The position numbers and the translations under genes were made by a program. The notes beneath the pieces were generated by a model. It made no database searches. It was not told the origin of the DNA and saw only the letters and a list, made by a program, of their open reading frames with translations. Shown one piece after another: positions 50,535-62,289 of a stretch of DNA of 64,000 nucleotides. Every line of letters begins with the position of its first letter. Position 1 is the first letter of the stretch. The DNA is taken from positions 62,001-126,000 of the forward strand of contig NIVC01002282.1 in the NCBI GenBank assembly GCA_002269645.1, in the 5' to 3' direction. Source of the DNA: Macrostomum lignano. Its lineage: Eukaryota.

Positions 50535-50970
50535 ATCCACCTTGATTTACCTGAGAATCTACCCTGATCTACCTGCGTATCTACCTTAATCTAACCCAGA
50601 ATCTACCCTAATCTACCCGAGAATCTACCTTAATCTACTCGAGAATCTACCTTAATTTACCTGAGAATCTACCCTAATCTACCTGAAAATCTACCCTAAT
50701 CTACCTGAGAATCTACCCGAGAATCTACTCTAATTTACCTCAGAATCTACTCTTATCTACCCAAGAATCTACCTTAATCTACCCGAAAATATACCCGAGA
50801 ATCTACATTTAACTACCCAAGAATCAACCTCAATCTACCCGATAATCTACCCTAATCTACCCGAGAAGCTACCCAAATCTACCCGAGAATCTACCTTAAC
50901 CTACTCGAGAACCTATCCGAGAATCTACCCTAATCTACCCGAGAATCTACCCTAATCTACCTGAGAATCT
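50535..50970. repeat. 10/12-bp composite repeat AATCTACCC(T/GAG)
   Basis: Fills separase intron 50505-50995. Confidence 0.92.
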
Positions 50971-50995
50971 GCCACGATCTCTCAAACAACTGCAG

Positions 50996-51407
50996 CTACG
51001 TGGACTCGGTGCCCGGCGTGGAGCCGTTCCTGCTGGTGCTCCGCCTGACTCCCGGCGCCGACCAGCCCGCCATCTGCAGCCTCCGCGGCCTTGGCTTGGA
51101 CTTTCTCGACGAATGGCAGTCGCTTATGCGCCTGAACTCGGCTAGCATGCGGACTAGCGACCAGCCTCAGGCTTGGTGGCGCCGGCGCTACCGGCTGGAC
51201 GAGAGCGCATCCGAGCTGGCGCGCAGTCTGCGATGCCGCTGGCTGTCCAGTCCGGCTGCCAAACTGCTGGACCTGGACTCGGCAGGCGAGGCTGTGCTGC
51301 TGCTGGACCGTCGGCTGCACGAGTTCCCCTGGGAGGCGGCGCTGTCGGGCACGCTAAGGTTCTCCCGTATGCCCAGCCTGTCTGCTCTGGTGGGCTCTGT
51401 GGCCCAG
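50996..51407 (+). CDS. ESPL1: Separase exon (pseudo-protease domain)
   Basis: Contains WWRRRYRLD...LLLDRRLHEFPWE...RFSRMPSL, matching the separase WW..R..LD, LD..L..FPWE and R.PSL motifs. AG/GT boundaries are phase-consistent. Confidence 0.92.
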
Positions 51408-51459
51408 GTGAGCACTGCTCTGGCGCTGTTGATTTTCTTAGATCCCTCTCGGATCCACA

Positions 51460-51860
51460 TTCACAGATCCTTTCCGGTTTTCCAGGTCCGTCACAGATCC
51501 CTAACTCCCAAGTTCCCCAACCCAGATCCCCGGGTCCTTCCCAAATCTCCAGGTCCGTCACAGATCTCTAACTCCCAAGTTCCCCAACCCAGATCCCCGG
51601 GTCCTTCCCAAATCTCCAGGTCCGTCACAGATCTCTAACTCCCAAGTTCCCCAACCCAGATCCCCGGGTCCTTCCCAAATCTCCAGGTCCGTCACAGATC
51701 TCTAACTCCCAAGTTCCCCAACACAGATCCCCGGGTCCTTCCCAAATCTCCAGGTCCGTCACAGATCCCTAACTCCCAAGTTCCCCAACCCAAATCCTCA
51801 ACTTCTCAGATCCTCAACTCCCCTGATGCTTCACAGATCCCTCCAGATCCTCATCCCCAA
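51460..51860. repeat. 67-bp tandem repeat, ~5 copies
   Basis: ccaggtccgtcacagat recurs with period 67 (51482, 51549, ...). Confidence 0.93.
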
Positions 51861-51914
51861 GCCCAAACAAAGCCTATAGTCTGAAACAGTATAACAAGAA
51901 CCCCTACCTGTCAG

Positions 51915-52466
51915 GTGCGCAGCCAGCTCTCTCTGCAGCGCTCCTACTACGTGCTGAACCCGGACCGCAGCCTGCCAGCCACCGAGGCCACCTTCGCTCC
52001 AATCTTCGCCGACCTTGGCTGGGACGGCGTCGCCTCCCGGCCCCCGGAAGAGTCCGAGCTTCTGGCCGCTCTAAAACAGCGTGACCTGTACGTTTACTGC
52101 GGCCACGGCTCCGGGTCCAAGTACCTGTCCAACCAGTCTGTGCAGCAGTCCAGCGTCAGGGCCGCCGCGTTTCTGATTGGCTGCTCCTCGGGCCGGCTGC
52201 ACCAGGAGGGCCGGTTCGAGCCGATCGGCACGGTGCACAGCTACATCATGGGCGGCTGCCCGGCCGTGCTGGCAGTGCTGTGGGACGTCACCGACAAGGA
52301 TATTGACAGGTTCTTCAATCGGTTGCTGAGCGTCTGGCGCGGCGTTGAAGACGGCGGCAGCGAGCTGCCGAAGCTGATCAACGAGGCCAGAGCTGCCTGC
52401 AAGCTGCGCTGCCTCATCGGAGCGGCTCCGGTGCTGTTTGGCCTGCCCAGCTTCCCTGGCAACTAA
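51915..52466 (+). CDS. ESPL1: Separase terminal exon (peptidase C50 catalytic domain)
   Basis: YVLNP...DLYVYCGHGSG (catalytic His)...FLIGCSSG (catalytic Cys)...GCPAVLAVLWDVTDKDIDRF...LIGAAPVLFGLP*. Confidence 0.97.
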   Translation: MRSQLSLQRSYYVLNPDRSLPATEATFAPIFADLGWDGVASRPPEESELLAALKQRDLYVYCGHGSGSKYLSNQSVQQSSVRAAAFLIGCSSGRLHQEGRFEPIGTVHSYIMGGCPAVLAVLWDVTDKDIDRFFNRLLSVWRGVEDGGSELPKLINEARAACKLRCLIGAAPVLFGLPSFPGN

Positions 52467-52554
52467 CTAATTACCTGTGTGAGGCGTTATTATCTGTTGG
52501 GGTTGCACGTTACCTGTTGCGGAGATATTTATTCAATTTTCAGAAGCAGAAATC

Positions 52555-53350
52555 CTTTGTTGCTGGGCCAGCCTCCCAGATCCCCAGTTGCTTGGCCAGA
52601 CTCCCAGATCCCCAGTTGCTGGGCCAGCCTCCCAGATCCTCAGTTGCTTGGCCAGCCTCCCAGATCCTCAGCTGCTGGGCCAGCCTCCCAGATCCCCAGT
52701 TGCTTGGCCAGCCTCCCAGATCCCCAGTTGCTTGGCCAGCCTCCCAGATCCTCGGTTGCTGGGCCAGCCTCCCAAATCCCCAGTTGCTGGGCCAGCCTCC
52801 CGGATTCTCAGTTGCTGGGCCAGCCTCCCAGATCCTCAGTTGCTTGGCCAGCCTCCCAGATCCCCAGTTGCTGGGCCAGCCTCCCAGATCCTCAGTTGCT
52901 GGGCCAGCCTCCCAGATCCCCAGTTGCTTGGCCAGCCTCCCAGATCCCCAGTTGCTTGGCCAGCCTCCCAGATCCTCGGTTGCTGGGCCAGCCTCCCAAA
53001 TCCCCAGTTGCTGGGCCAGCCTCCCGGATTCTCAGTTGCTGGGCCAGTTTCCCAGATCCTCGGTTGCTGGGCCACAGCCTCCCAGATTCTCAGTTGCTGG
53101 GCCAGCCTCCCAGATCCTCAGTTGCTGGGCCAGCCTCCCAGATCCTCAGTTGCTGGGCCAGCCTCCCAGTTCCTCAGTTGCTGGGCCAGCCTCCCAGGTC
53201 CTCAGTTGCTGGGCCAGCCTCCCAGATCCTCAGTTGCTGGGCTAGTCTCCCAGGTCCTCAGTTGCAGGGCCAGCCTCCCAGATCCTCAGTTGCTGGGCCA
53301 GTCTTCCAGGTCCTCAGTTGCTGGGCCAGCCTCCCAGGTCCTCAGTAGCT
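52555..53350. repeat. 28-bp minisatellite CCCAGATCCTCAGTTGCTGGGCCAGCCT
   Basis: Starts about 90 nt after the separase stop codon. Confidence 0.96.
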
Positions 53351-53859
53351 TCAAGAATCTTACCTTTTCGATATATAACTAATGATGATTAGTAGATAAT
53401 TCGAGAATATCAGTTAGGGAAAGTTCTGCGGGTGACCTTGTTTGACCTTTGACCGGGCGGTCATCAAAATAATATTACTTTTTAAAGGTGCTTAATAAAA
53501 TGTATCGGTTTAACAGCTTCAAAGCATTTTTATTCCGCTTTTAAGTTCGACTCTGCAGCTTAAGTTCAAGTTTTTCTCTTCTACTGAAGTATAAATTTAG
53601 TGCTATTCATTGAGCCAGTCTGGTGCTTAAGTCAGTCCTCTGTTAGTTTTTACAACCTAGGATTATTGGACTAATTTTGCCGAATTTTGTGTCTCTTTTA
53701 CATTATTATTAATATGCACTGGCTGCAAAGCATTTCTTCTAATGACAAGTAGTGACTTGCGAATATATGCTCACATTTTCGTTTCGTTTTCTACAATTAT
53801 TCAAAGACTAACGCTTAAAATGTGCTGTAATTTCTGTCTTGTTCGTGATTTCCTTTGCG

Positions 53860-54620
53860 TAGGAATGGGGTATTCCATATAGGATTGGGGAATCCCATGT
53901 AGGAATGGGGTATCCCATATAGGATTGGGGAATCCCATTTAGGAATTGGGAATCCCATGTAGTAATGGGGTATCCCATATAAGATTGGGGAATTCCATGT
54001 AGGAATGGGGTATCCCATATAGGATTGGGGAATCCCATGTAGGAATTAGGAATCCCATGTAGGAATGGGGTATCCCATATAAGATTGTGGAATTCCATGT
54101 AGGAATGGGGTATCCCATATAGGATTGGGGAATCCCATGTAGGATTCGGGAATCCCATGTAAGAATGGGGTATCCCATATAAGATTGGGGAATTCCATGT
54201 AGGAATGGGGTATCCCATATAGGATTGGGGAATCCCATGTAGGAAGGGGAATCCCATGTAGGAATGGGGTATCCCATATAGGATTGGGGAATCCCATATA
54301 GGATTGGGGAATTCCATGTAGGAATGGGGTATCCCACATAGGATTGGGGAATCCCATGTAGGAATGGGGTATCCCATATAGGAATGGAAAATCTCATGTA
54401 GGAATGGGGCATCCGATGTAGGATTGGGGAATCCCATGTAGGAATGGGGAACACCATGTAGGAATGGGGAACACCATGTAGGAATGGGGAACACCATGTA
54501 GGATTCGGGAATCCCATGTAGGAATGGGGCATCCCATATAGAATTGGGGAATCCCATGTAGGAATGGGGAACACCATGTAGGATTCGGGAATCCCATGTA
54601 GGATTCGGGAATCCCATGAA
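53860..54620. repeat. 20-bp minisatellite (40-bp dimer) GGAATGGGGTATCCCATATA/GGATTGGGGAATCCCATGTA
   Basis: Alternating units between the convergent separase and CCR4 genes. Confidence 0.95.
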
Positions 54621-55726
54621 GTAATGGGGAATGGGGACAGTGTAGCAAGGAATGGGTAATCACAATTGTGCTTCCTGACAGAAAAAGAATGTAATTTTCT
54701 TACATAACTACTTTGTAAGTAGTTTCGAGAGAAGCAAGCACAAGTGGTATTCGTGCTTCGTTTTGTATTTTTGTTTGCAAACTAAAAGCAAAAACGGGGG
54801 CTTACACGGGTGAAGAGAAACCGAAAAGTTGGTTGAAAACTGAAGCAGCATAAAGGGGTGTTTTTTGCGACAAATAAATACTTGCTGGACTGTCACCTCT
54901 TGTTCCGCTAAACGCACTGCGAGCCTCCAAGGTTTTACCAACGTAATAATTGCAACTTGTTGCCAGCAAAAATTAACAAAGCAAAATGGTTATGGAGTTA
55001 CAGGTATGCATAAAGAAATTATGACGAGTGGCAGCTGCATGTTACAAAAGCGTGCGAGAAAGGGGAGCTTTACAAATATTTATATTAGGTACAGCAGGTA
55101 CTTTACACACGCACCAGTGAGCGGCACAGCTAGAGTTTTCAGGGGGCGGAGTTAACAGTTTGTTAATATTAAATGATTTTTAAAAATATCGGTTGACCAA
55201 TTATAATATCATTGAAGTTGGAACTCTGATTATTGACACATTAAAAAAATTATTTTTGACGCATTCAGACTGAAATTTGTTGAGATTGGCAATTTGGATT
55301 TGGACAAAACATATCGGCTGCGTTCAAATATATTGTTAATTTAATCATTTTGATCAGGCCAGAAAAATTTATTAATCGAACAAATATTACTGATTATTAT
55401 ATATGATGATTATTAATAACATTTAATTTTCTGTAGTTGCAGGGATCCAGGGACACGGTTGCGACAGCTGTGCTTATTAATATTAACAAGTTACCAGAGC
55501 GAGACCATTGGGCAGAGAGACCCAGGTGCTTTTGTCATTGCTTTCGGTGCAAAGCAAATATGAAATTCTTGGTCTTATCCTATAAAATCCTCAGCAAACG
55601 TAAACGGAGATCGTACACAAGCGATGGTTTTTAACCAGATTGAGCTCTTCTTGTGCCTCTGGTTTTCGGGAGTTGAGCGAGAGCGAGTGTGCAGTCAAGA
55701 GAAGTGAAAATAATGATGGGAGAATG

Positions 55727-55910
55727 TCAGGACACTGGGAGCAGTTCCAAGCGCACAGCCAGAGGTATGTGGTCCGACGGGATGTAGGGGTGCGGACAGC
55801 CGATGACGCTGCCAGACCGTAGCCAGTCCGTGACGCCTTCCAGACAGTCTAGCACCCGGAAATGACGCTTTGATGCGAATATGTAGTCAATGACTCCTTT
55901 GAATTCGTGA
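55727..55910 (-). CDS. CNOT6: CCR4/CNOT6-type deadenylase terminal exon
   Basis: HEFKGVIDYIF...GCPHPYIPSDHIPLAVRLELLPVS*, containing the catalytic SDH motif. Confidence 0.95.
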
Positions 55911-56289
55911 CTGTTTGGTGGGGTAACCAATCGGTGTTTTTTGTTGTGAGTTTAGTTTTCGAGAGTTGCGCAAAGTTACGGGTGATTTTACCTCGAGTGT
56001 ATGCGTAGTTTATCCTTTGAATAATGGAATGTTTATCCTTAACATCCTGTGTTAAGTGCGTGTGTACTTTATTATAAGGGTAAGAGGGGTGTTTATTTCT
56101 CTTAAGTACAATTGTGCTCTATTCTAGGAAAATAGGGGTGTCTATTTATCTCGCTCAGGTGCATATGTACTTTATTCTGAGAGTTAGTGAGGTGTTCACT
56201 CTGGATTCTGGAAAGCGTACCTGTATGTACACTTAAAACTATCCACCTAACCTGATTGGGGTGTCCACTAACCAAACAAAACCGCTCAC

Positions 56290-56518
56290 GTGTAGTTAGT
56301 GTAGGTCATGTCCACCCCGCTGTAGCAGGAGGCAAGATCCAGCGAATGCGAGAAATTGCTGCTACTAGAAGCAGCCGCAGTCGTGGCAGCCGCCGGATCC
56401 TCAGAACCGGCCGGATTGTCCGGCAGCTTCAGGCCGTCCAAGGACGGGTCCCGGCCGAGCCGGCGAAACTCTGGGTGGTCGCGCTCGACCGAACCGCGGT
56501 TGAGAAACTCAATTACAC
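56290..56518 (-). CDS. CNOT6: CCR4/CNOT6-type deadenylase exon
   Basis: (G)VIEFLNRGSVERDHPEFRRLG...FSHSLDLASCYSGVDMTYTNYT. cctcag acceptor and gtgagc donor, 229 nt, phases 1/2 fit. Not shown in the ORF track in this frame. Confidence 0.92.
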
Positions 56519-56838
56519 CTGAGGTTCGGTTGGACAGTTTTAATAGTTTTTAGAACTTGGCCGATATGTATCGAAAGAACACTTTGTAACGTATGTAACG
56601 CTAGTAACCATTGATATGTCAAGTTTCAACTAAAGCAATGAAAAAGTACAACGTCTACTCATTTTCAGTAGTTTGTCCGCACAGTGTCACTTAACTAATT
56701 TTATTTGTCAGCTAAAATTTCCTTTCTTCAGGGTTTGCGGCTTCAGGAGCAATTGGGGTTAAAAATTAACAACACAATTAACTCGATATAAATAAATTAA
56801 TGAAGCACATACGAAACTCTGCCTAGGGCCGGCCCATT

Positions 56839-57025
56839 CTGGCTCAGCCAATGAGAGAGCAGTAAGGAGAGAGGTCAAAGTCAGTCGGACGATACTCAGT
56901 CTAGGGGGCAGGCACAATCTGGCTCAGCCAATGAGAAAGCAGTAAGTAGAGAGGGCAAAGTCAAACAGACGAAACTCAGCCTAGGGGGGAGGCACAATCT
57001 GGCTCAGCCAATGAGAGAGCAGACA
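56839..57025. repeat. 80-bp tandem repeat, ~2.4 copies, each with CCAAT
   Basis: ctggctcagccaatgaga at 56839, 56919 and 56999. Confidence 0.9.
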
Positions 57026-57328
57026 CAAGCGGACAAGAGGAAAGCCTAACTGTTTATCGGCCTGGGCTTGTGGCTGGGACGCCATCCCTTTTCTTCTCTT
57101 GCTCGCTATGCACAATGCACTGGATTTGGGTGCAGCTTCAAGCAGGGGCTTGAAATTGTTGAAGCTTGTAAAACTAACATCTTGTAAATTTTTCATTACT
57201 TTTTTATTCGACAAAAAACGCCAATTGTACTACTGAAAAGAGTTGCCTAAGCGCATAATTCGATTCTGACCCCTAGATGTTATGAAAATGAACAGGCAAG
57301 ATAATCACAGTCGCTAACAGACGCTCAC

Positions 57329-57732
57329 CAGAGTCGGGCAACGAGTTGAAATCGCCGCACAGAACCAGGGGCAGCGAGGCGGCCCCAGTGTTGGCCCTGA
57401 ACTGTTTGATCTTAGCCGCCAAAGCGCTGGTGAGCACCACAGTTTGAATGAGCTTCACGTCCGAGTGCTGCGGGTCCCAGTGCATGTGCGAGGTGCACAC
57501 CATCAGGCAAGAGTTTGCCTGACCTTTGGCCACCGGCGCCAGCACCACCGACAGGGCGATGTTGTCCCGGACTGTGACCCGGTTGAAGATCTCGCTAGAC
57601 GCTTTGCCTCGGAGCTGGGGGCCGGGAGATGGCGGCTGCGATTCCTCTTGACTTGGCTGCTGCTGCTGGGTCCAGCAGTGCTCAAGGTAGTGCTGACTGA
57701 ACTCAATCACGTGCTCTTCTACTAGGCGAAAT
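57329..57732 (-). CDS. CNOT6: CCR4/CNOT6-type deadenylase exon
   Basis: FRLVEEHVIEFSQ...NRVTVRDNIAL...VCTSHMHWDPQHSDVKLIQT...LVLCGDFNSLPDS. Donor gtgagc. Confidence 0.95.
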
Positions 57733-57814
57733 CTGCCAGAGGAAGCGCAGATGAGGAACTTTAGGGAGTCTGCTGAGCTCTCCACGGCTGGGTTTGAGCT
57801 GATGGGTCCACTCT

Positions 57815-58490
57815 GAGCCTCAGAGTACTCTTGTGTACTCTGACCCACTCCTGTCTACTCTGACCCACTCCTGTCTACTCTGACCCACTCCTGTCTACTC
57901 TGACCCACTCCTGTCTACTCTGACCCACTCCTGTCTACTCTGACCCACTCCTGTCTACTCTGACCCACTCCTGTCTACTCTGACCCACTCCTGTCTACTC
58001 TGACCCACTCATGTGTACTCTGACCCACTCCTGTGTACTCTGACCCACTCATGTGTACTCTGACCCACTCCTGTCTACTCTGACCCACTCCTGTCTACTC
58101 TGATCCACTCCTGTCTACTCTGACCCACTCCTGTCTACTCTGACCCACTTTTGTCTACTCTGACCCACTCCTGCATACTCTGACCCACTCCTGTCTACTC
58201 TGACCCACCCCTGTCCACTCTGACCCACTCCTGTCTACTCTGACCCACTCCTGTCTACTCTGACCCACTCCTGTCTACTCTGACCCACTCCTGTCTACTC
58301 TGACCCACTCATGTGTACTCTGACCCACTTTTGTCTACTCTGACCCACTTTTGTCTACTCTGACCCACTCCTGTGTACTCTGACCCACTCCTGTGTACTC
58401 TGACCCACTCCTGTGTACTCTGACCCACTCCTGTCTACTCTGACCCACTCCTGTCTACTCTGACCCACTCCTGTCCACTCTGACCCACCG
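57815..58490. repeat. 20-bp minisatellite CTCTGACCCACTCCTGTCTA
   Basis: About 33 near-perfect copies in a CCR4 intron. Confidence 0.97.
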
Positions 58491-58764
58491 AGATCCACCA
58501 AAATACAGACTAAAGCGCCATTAGCTAGGTCAAATGTTGAAATCAAGAAGCAGTAGCTACTAACGACTCTTTTAAAACTTGAAGAGTCATATGGAAAGGG
58601 TAAAGCTGACTCATTCCCCCGGTTGACCCTCTTGACTTGAACGCAGAAATGAGTCACTAATAGCATATACTGTAAGTTACTGTTGGAGTTGCCAGAATTT
58701 TTTTCTATTTTTTCTATATCTCCCGTTTTTGGGAGAGACAAAATGCATGTTTAAACTCCCTTAC

Positions 58765-58919
58765 TCGCTTCGTTTCCAAAAGATCGCACAGCCGTCCACT
58801 CGCTTTCTCAGCCGGTCGTCCATGGTCTTGGCCCGAGATTTCGGCGAAAAAATACCGTCATATCCACGCCGCGTCAGGTGAGGTAGAAAAAACGAATAAT
58901 ACTGCTCGGTTTCCACTTC
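58765..58919 (-). CDS. CNOT6: CCR4/CNOT6-type deadenylase exon
   Basis: EVETEQYYSFFLPHLTRRGYDGIFSPKSRAKTM...RKRVDGCAIFWK, nearly identical to the CCR4a/b signature. Donor gtaagg. Confidence 0.95.
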
Positions 58920-59164
58920 CTGCGGAGCGATCGAGTCACGTGATGCATTCGTCATGTCATGATTTCAATGCTAACGCTAGGCATATTTGATTCCAGTACA
59001 GCTCTTAGAGATTAGAGCATAGACCGCTAAAACTGGACGGTGCAATCAGCTAAGTAATTAAGCAAGTAGCTCATAACTAACCAAGCGGAGATTTGATTTT
59101 AAGATATCACGTGATCGATAGGGCTGTAGATAGTGGGGTCTTGGTTTTTAAAGTCAAGTGAATC

Positions 59165-59760
59165 ATTTATCAGGCTACAGCCCTGCGGCAGGCGAGCGGA
59201 GTGAGGTGGGTGTTAAATAGTTAAAGTCACGTGATTTATTTACTATCAGGCTACAGCCCTGCGGCAGGCGAGCGGAGTGAGGTGGGTGTTAAATAGTTAA
59301 AGTCACGTGATTTATTTACATCAGGCTACAGCCCTGCGGCAGGCGAGCGGAGTGAGGTAGGTGTTAAATAGTTAAAGTCACGTGATTTATTTACTATCAG
59401 GCTACAGCCCTGCGGCAGGCGAGCGGAGTGAGGTGGGTGTTAAATAGTTAAAGTCACGTGATTTATTTACTATCAGGCTACAGCCCTGCGGCAGGCGAGC
59501 GGAGTGAGGTGGGTGTTAAATAGTTAAAGTCACGTGATTTATTTCTTGTTAGGCTACAGCCCTGCGGAAGGCAAGCGGAGTGAGGTGGGTGTTAAATAGT
59601 TAAAGTCACGTGATTTATTTACTATCAGGCTAAAGCCCTGTGGCAGGCGAGTGGAGTGAGGTGGGAGCTTGATTGTTAGTATCACGTGCTCTATTTATTA
59701 TCAGGCTACAGAGGAGCGGCTGGTGAGCGGAGTGAGGCGGGTGCTTGAGCGTCAAATTCA
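59165..59760. repeat. 76-bp minisatellite, ~7 copies
   Basis: ggctacagccctgcggcaggcgagcggagtgaggtgggtgttaaatagttaaagtcacgtgatttatttactatca, period 76. Confidence 0.95.
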
Positions 59761-59793
59761 CGTGAAATACCATATCGTGAGCGCAATTTTCAC

Positions 59794-60017
59794 CTGCAGG
59801 CAGACAACGGTGGGCAGCTGAGCGCTGATGTTCTCCAGAATACCTTGGCGCCTGAAAGACCAGGCCAGGGCCCAGGGCGGGCAGTACCAGTAGCTCTTGG
59901 ACGAGGCGTACTGATCGCTGAGGATGTTGTAGCACATCAAGGTGAACAGAAGAACGCTGCTGGCGCTTTTGCTGGCCAGATGGCGCCATTTCGGACAGGG
60001 CGGCTTCATCTGGGCGA
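59794..60017 (-). CDS. CNOT6: CCR4/CNOT6-type deadenylase exon (EEP domain start)
   Basis: FTLMCYNILSDQYASSKSYWYCPPWALAWSFRRQGILENI...VVCLQ. Acceptor tgtttcag (phase 1) and donor gtgaaa. Upstream exon not identified. Confidence 0.92.
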
Positions 60018-60464
60018 CTGAAACAGAGTTTTGTTCAGTGCAATTACCTTGTAGCAACAAAATTTTCCCTGGCGCATAATATTAGTCTGACATCCAGAGT
60101 ATCACCCCTCACACCCAAAGCCTATGGTTTTGTTTATTTGAATTGCGGCGCTCATATTCAGACCATGGTGCGGCGATCATTGTGCTCAATGAAAACACCA
60201 AACAGCAGAGCTACAAATCACCGAGTTCAGGTTGCTGTGTAGCGGCCTGGATTTGAATTTAGCTGAGCTGAACTGGCGGCAGATTGCGTGTTTGGCGCGA
60301 TTTAGTAAAAGTACACGAAATCGGATTAAACATACACAATAACAGGAAAATATCGGATTAGACTGCTGCTGTATTGGAGAGTTTTGGAATCGTATAAATC
60401 TGCTTTTGTAGAAAGTTAGTCTGCTTTTAAGTCTATTCATAGCATAGAATTGAGGGCTGGTCAC

Positions 60465-61745
60465 TGCCTGGTCATAGAGGGCTAGCTTCCGTTTGGTCAT
60501 AAAGGGGTAGCTTCCATCTGGTCATAAAGGGGTAGCTTCCATTTGGTCATAGAGGGTTAGCTTCCATCTGGTCATAGAGGGTTAGCTTCCATCTGGTCAT
60601 AGAGGGGTAGCTTCCATCTAGTCATAGAGGGGTAGCTTCCATCTGGTCATAGAGGGTTAGCTTCCATCTGGTCATAGAGGGTTAGCTTCCATCTGGTCAT
60701 AGAGGGGTAGCTTCCATCTAGTCATAGAGGGGTAGCTTCCATCTGGTCATAAAGGGTTAGCTTCCATCTGGTCATAGAGGGGTAGCTTCCATCTGGTCAT
60801 AGAGGGGTAGCTTCCATCTAGTCATAGAGCGGTAGCTTCCATCTGGTCATAGAGGGATAGCTTCCATCTGGTCATAGAGGGGTAGCTTCCATCTAGTCAT
60901 AGAGGGGTAGCTTCCATCTGGTCATAGAGGGTTAGCTTCCATCTGGTCATAGAGGGGTAGCTTCCATCTGGTCATAGAGGGGTAGCTTCCATCCGGTCAT
61001 AGAGGGTAGCTTCCATCTAGTCATAAAGGGGTAGCTTCCATCTAGTCATAGAGGGTTAGCTACCATCTGGTCATAGAGGGTTGGCTTCCATCTGGTCATA
61101 GAGGGTTGGCTTCCATCTGGTCATAGAGGGGTAGCTTCCATCTGGTCATAGAGGCTTAGCTTCCATCTGGTTATAGAGGGGTAGCTTCCATCTGGTCATA
61201 GAGGCTTAGCTTCCATCTGGTTATAGAGGGGTAGCTTCCATCTAGTCATAGAGGGTTAGCTTCCATCTGGTTATAGAGGGTTGGCTTCCATCTAGTCATA
61301 GAGGGTTACCTTCCATCTGGTTATAGAGGGTTAGCTTCCATCTAGTCATAGAGGGGTAGCTTCCATCTAGTCATAGAGGGTTGGCTTCCATCTAGTCATA
61401 GAGGGGTAGCTTCCATCTGGTTATAGAGGGGTAGCTTCCATCTAGTCATAGAGGGTTAGCTTCCATCTGGTCATAGAGGGTTGGCTTCCATCTAGTCATA
61501 GAGGGGTAGCTTCCATCTGGTTATAGAGAGTTAGCTTCCATCTAGTTATAGAGGGTTGGCTTCCTTCTAGTCATAGAGGGTTGGCTTCCATCTAGTCATA
61601 GAGGGTTACCTTCCATCTGGTTATAGAGGGTTAGCTTCCATCTAGTCATAGAGGGGTAGCTTCCATCTAGTCATAGAGGGTTGGCTTCCATCTAGTCATA
61701 GAGGGGTGATAGCTTTCATCTGGTTATCGAGGATTTAATCTGGTC
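60465..61745. repeat. 25-bp minisatellite GGTCATAGAGGGGTAGCTTCCATCT
   Basis: About 50 copies. Confidence 0.97.
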
Positions 61746-62289
61746 ATAGTGGTTGACTCTGCAAACTGGTCATAGAGGTCTGGCTTCAATTTAGTCATAA
61801 ATCGAAACGATAAATTTGTCCCTACTGTGGCCAAAATTGAATTCGGAGTCAATGTTTCAAAAAAGTAGTTACTACAAACTGATTCACTAACAAACAGCAA
61901 GCTCTGAGGAAATATGCATGCTGTCACGGAAAAGCGCCCCCCCCCCAGAGCAGAGCAGTTCGAGGGCAATTTTTACGTTTTAAACATAGCGCGGTGCATT
62001 CAGTTTGAGAAAAAGTAGCGTTGCAACTCAAATTCCTTATCAGACTTGACTTTTATGGGCCACTGCGCCAACTTGCCGTTTTGAGAACCGCGCATGGGAC
62101 TCCAAAGCTTGGGAGGGGCGCGGGTGCTGCAGAACGGCATGAGATAAGACAAATGGCTACTCACTGAGCTTCTGGGCCTACTCTGCAGTGCGCTCAACCC
62201 AGGGAACTATACTTCTATAAGCTGGCATGTGTGTCTTACTCTCCTTCCACTCCATCTAATCTCTGCTTTTCTCTATAGGTCTCTAGTTC

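Noticed and set aside
52479-54663. Overlapping 200-290-aa periodic ORFs, and the equivalents at 2724-3376, 5674-6567, 12749-13341, 14044-14659, 16514-17148, 17239-18150 and 45347-46251
   Set aside because: All are translations of minisatellites open in several frames at once and lie in introns or intergenic DNA.
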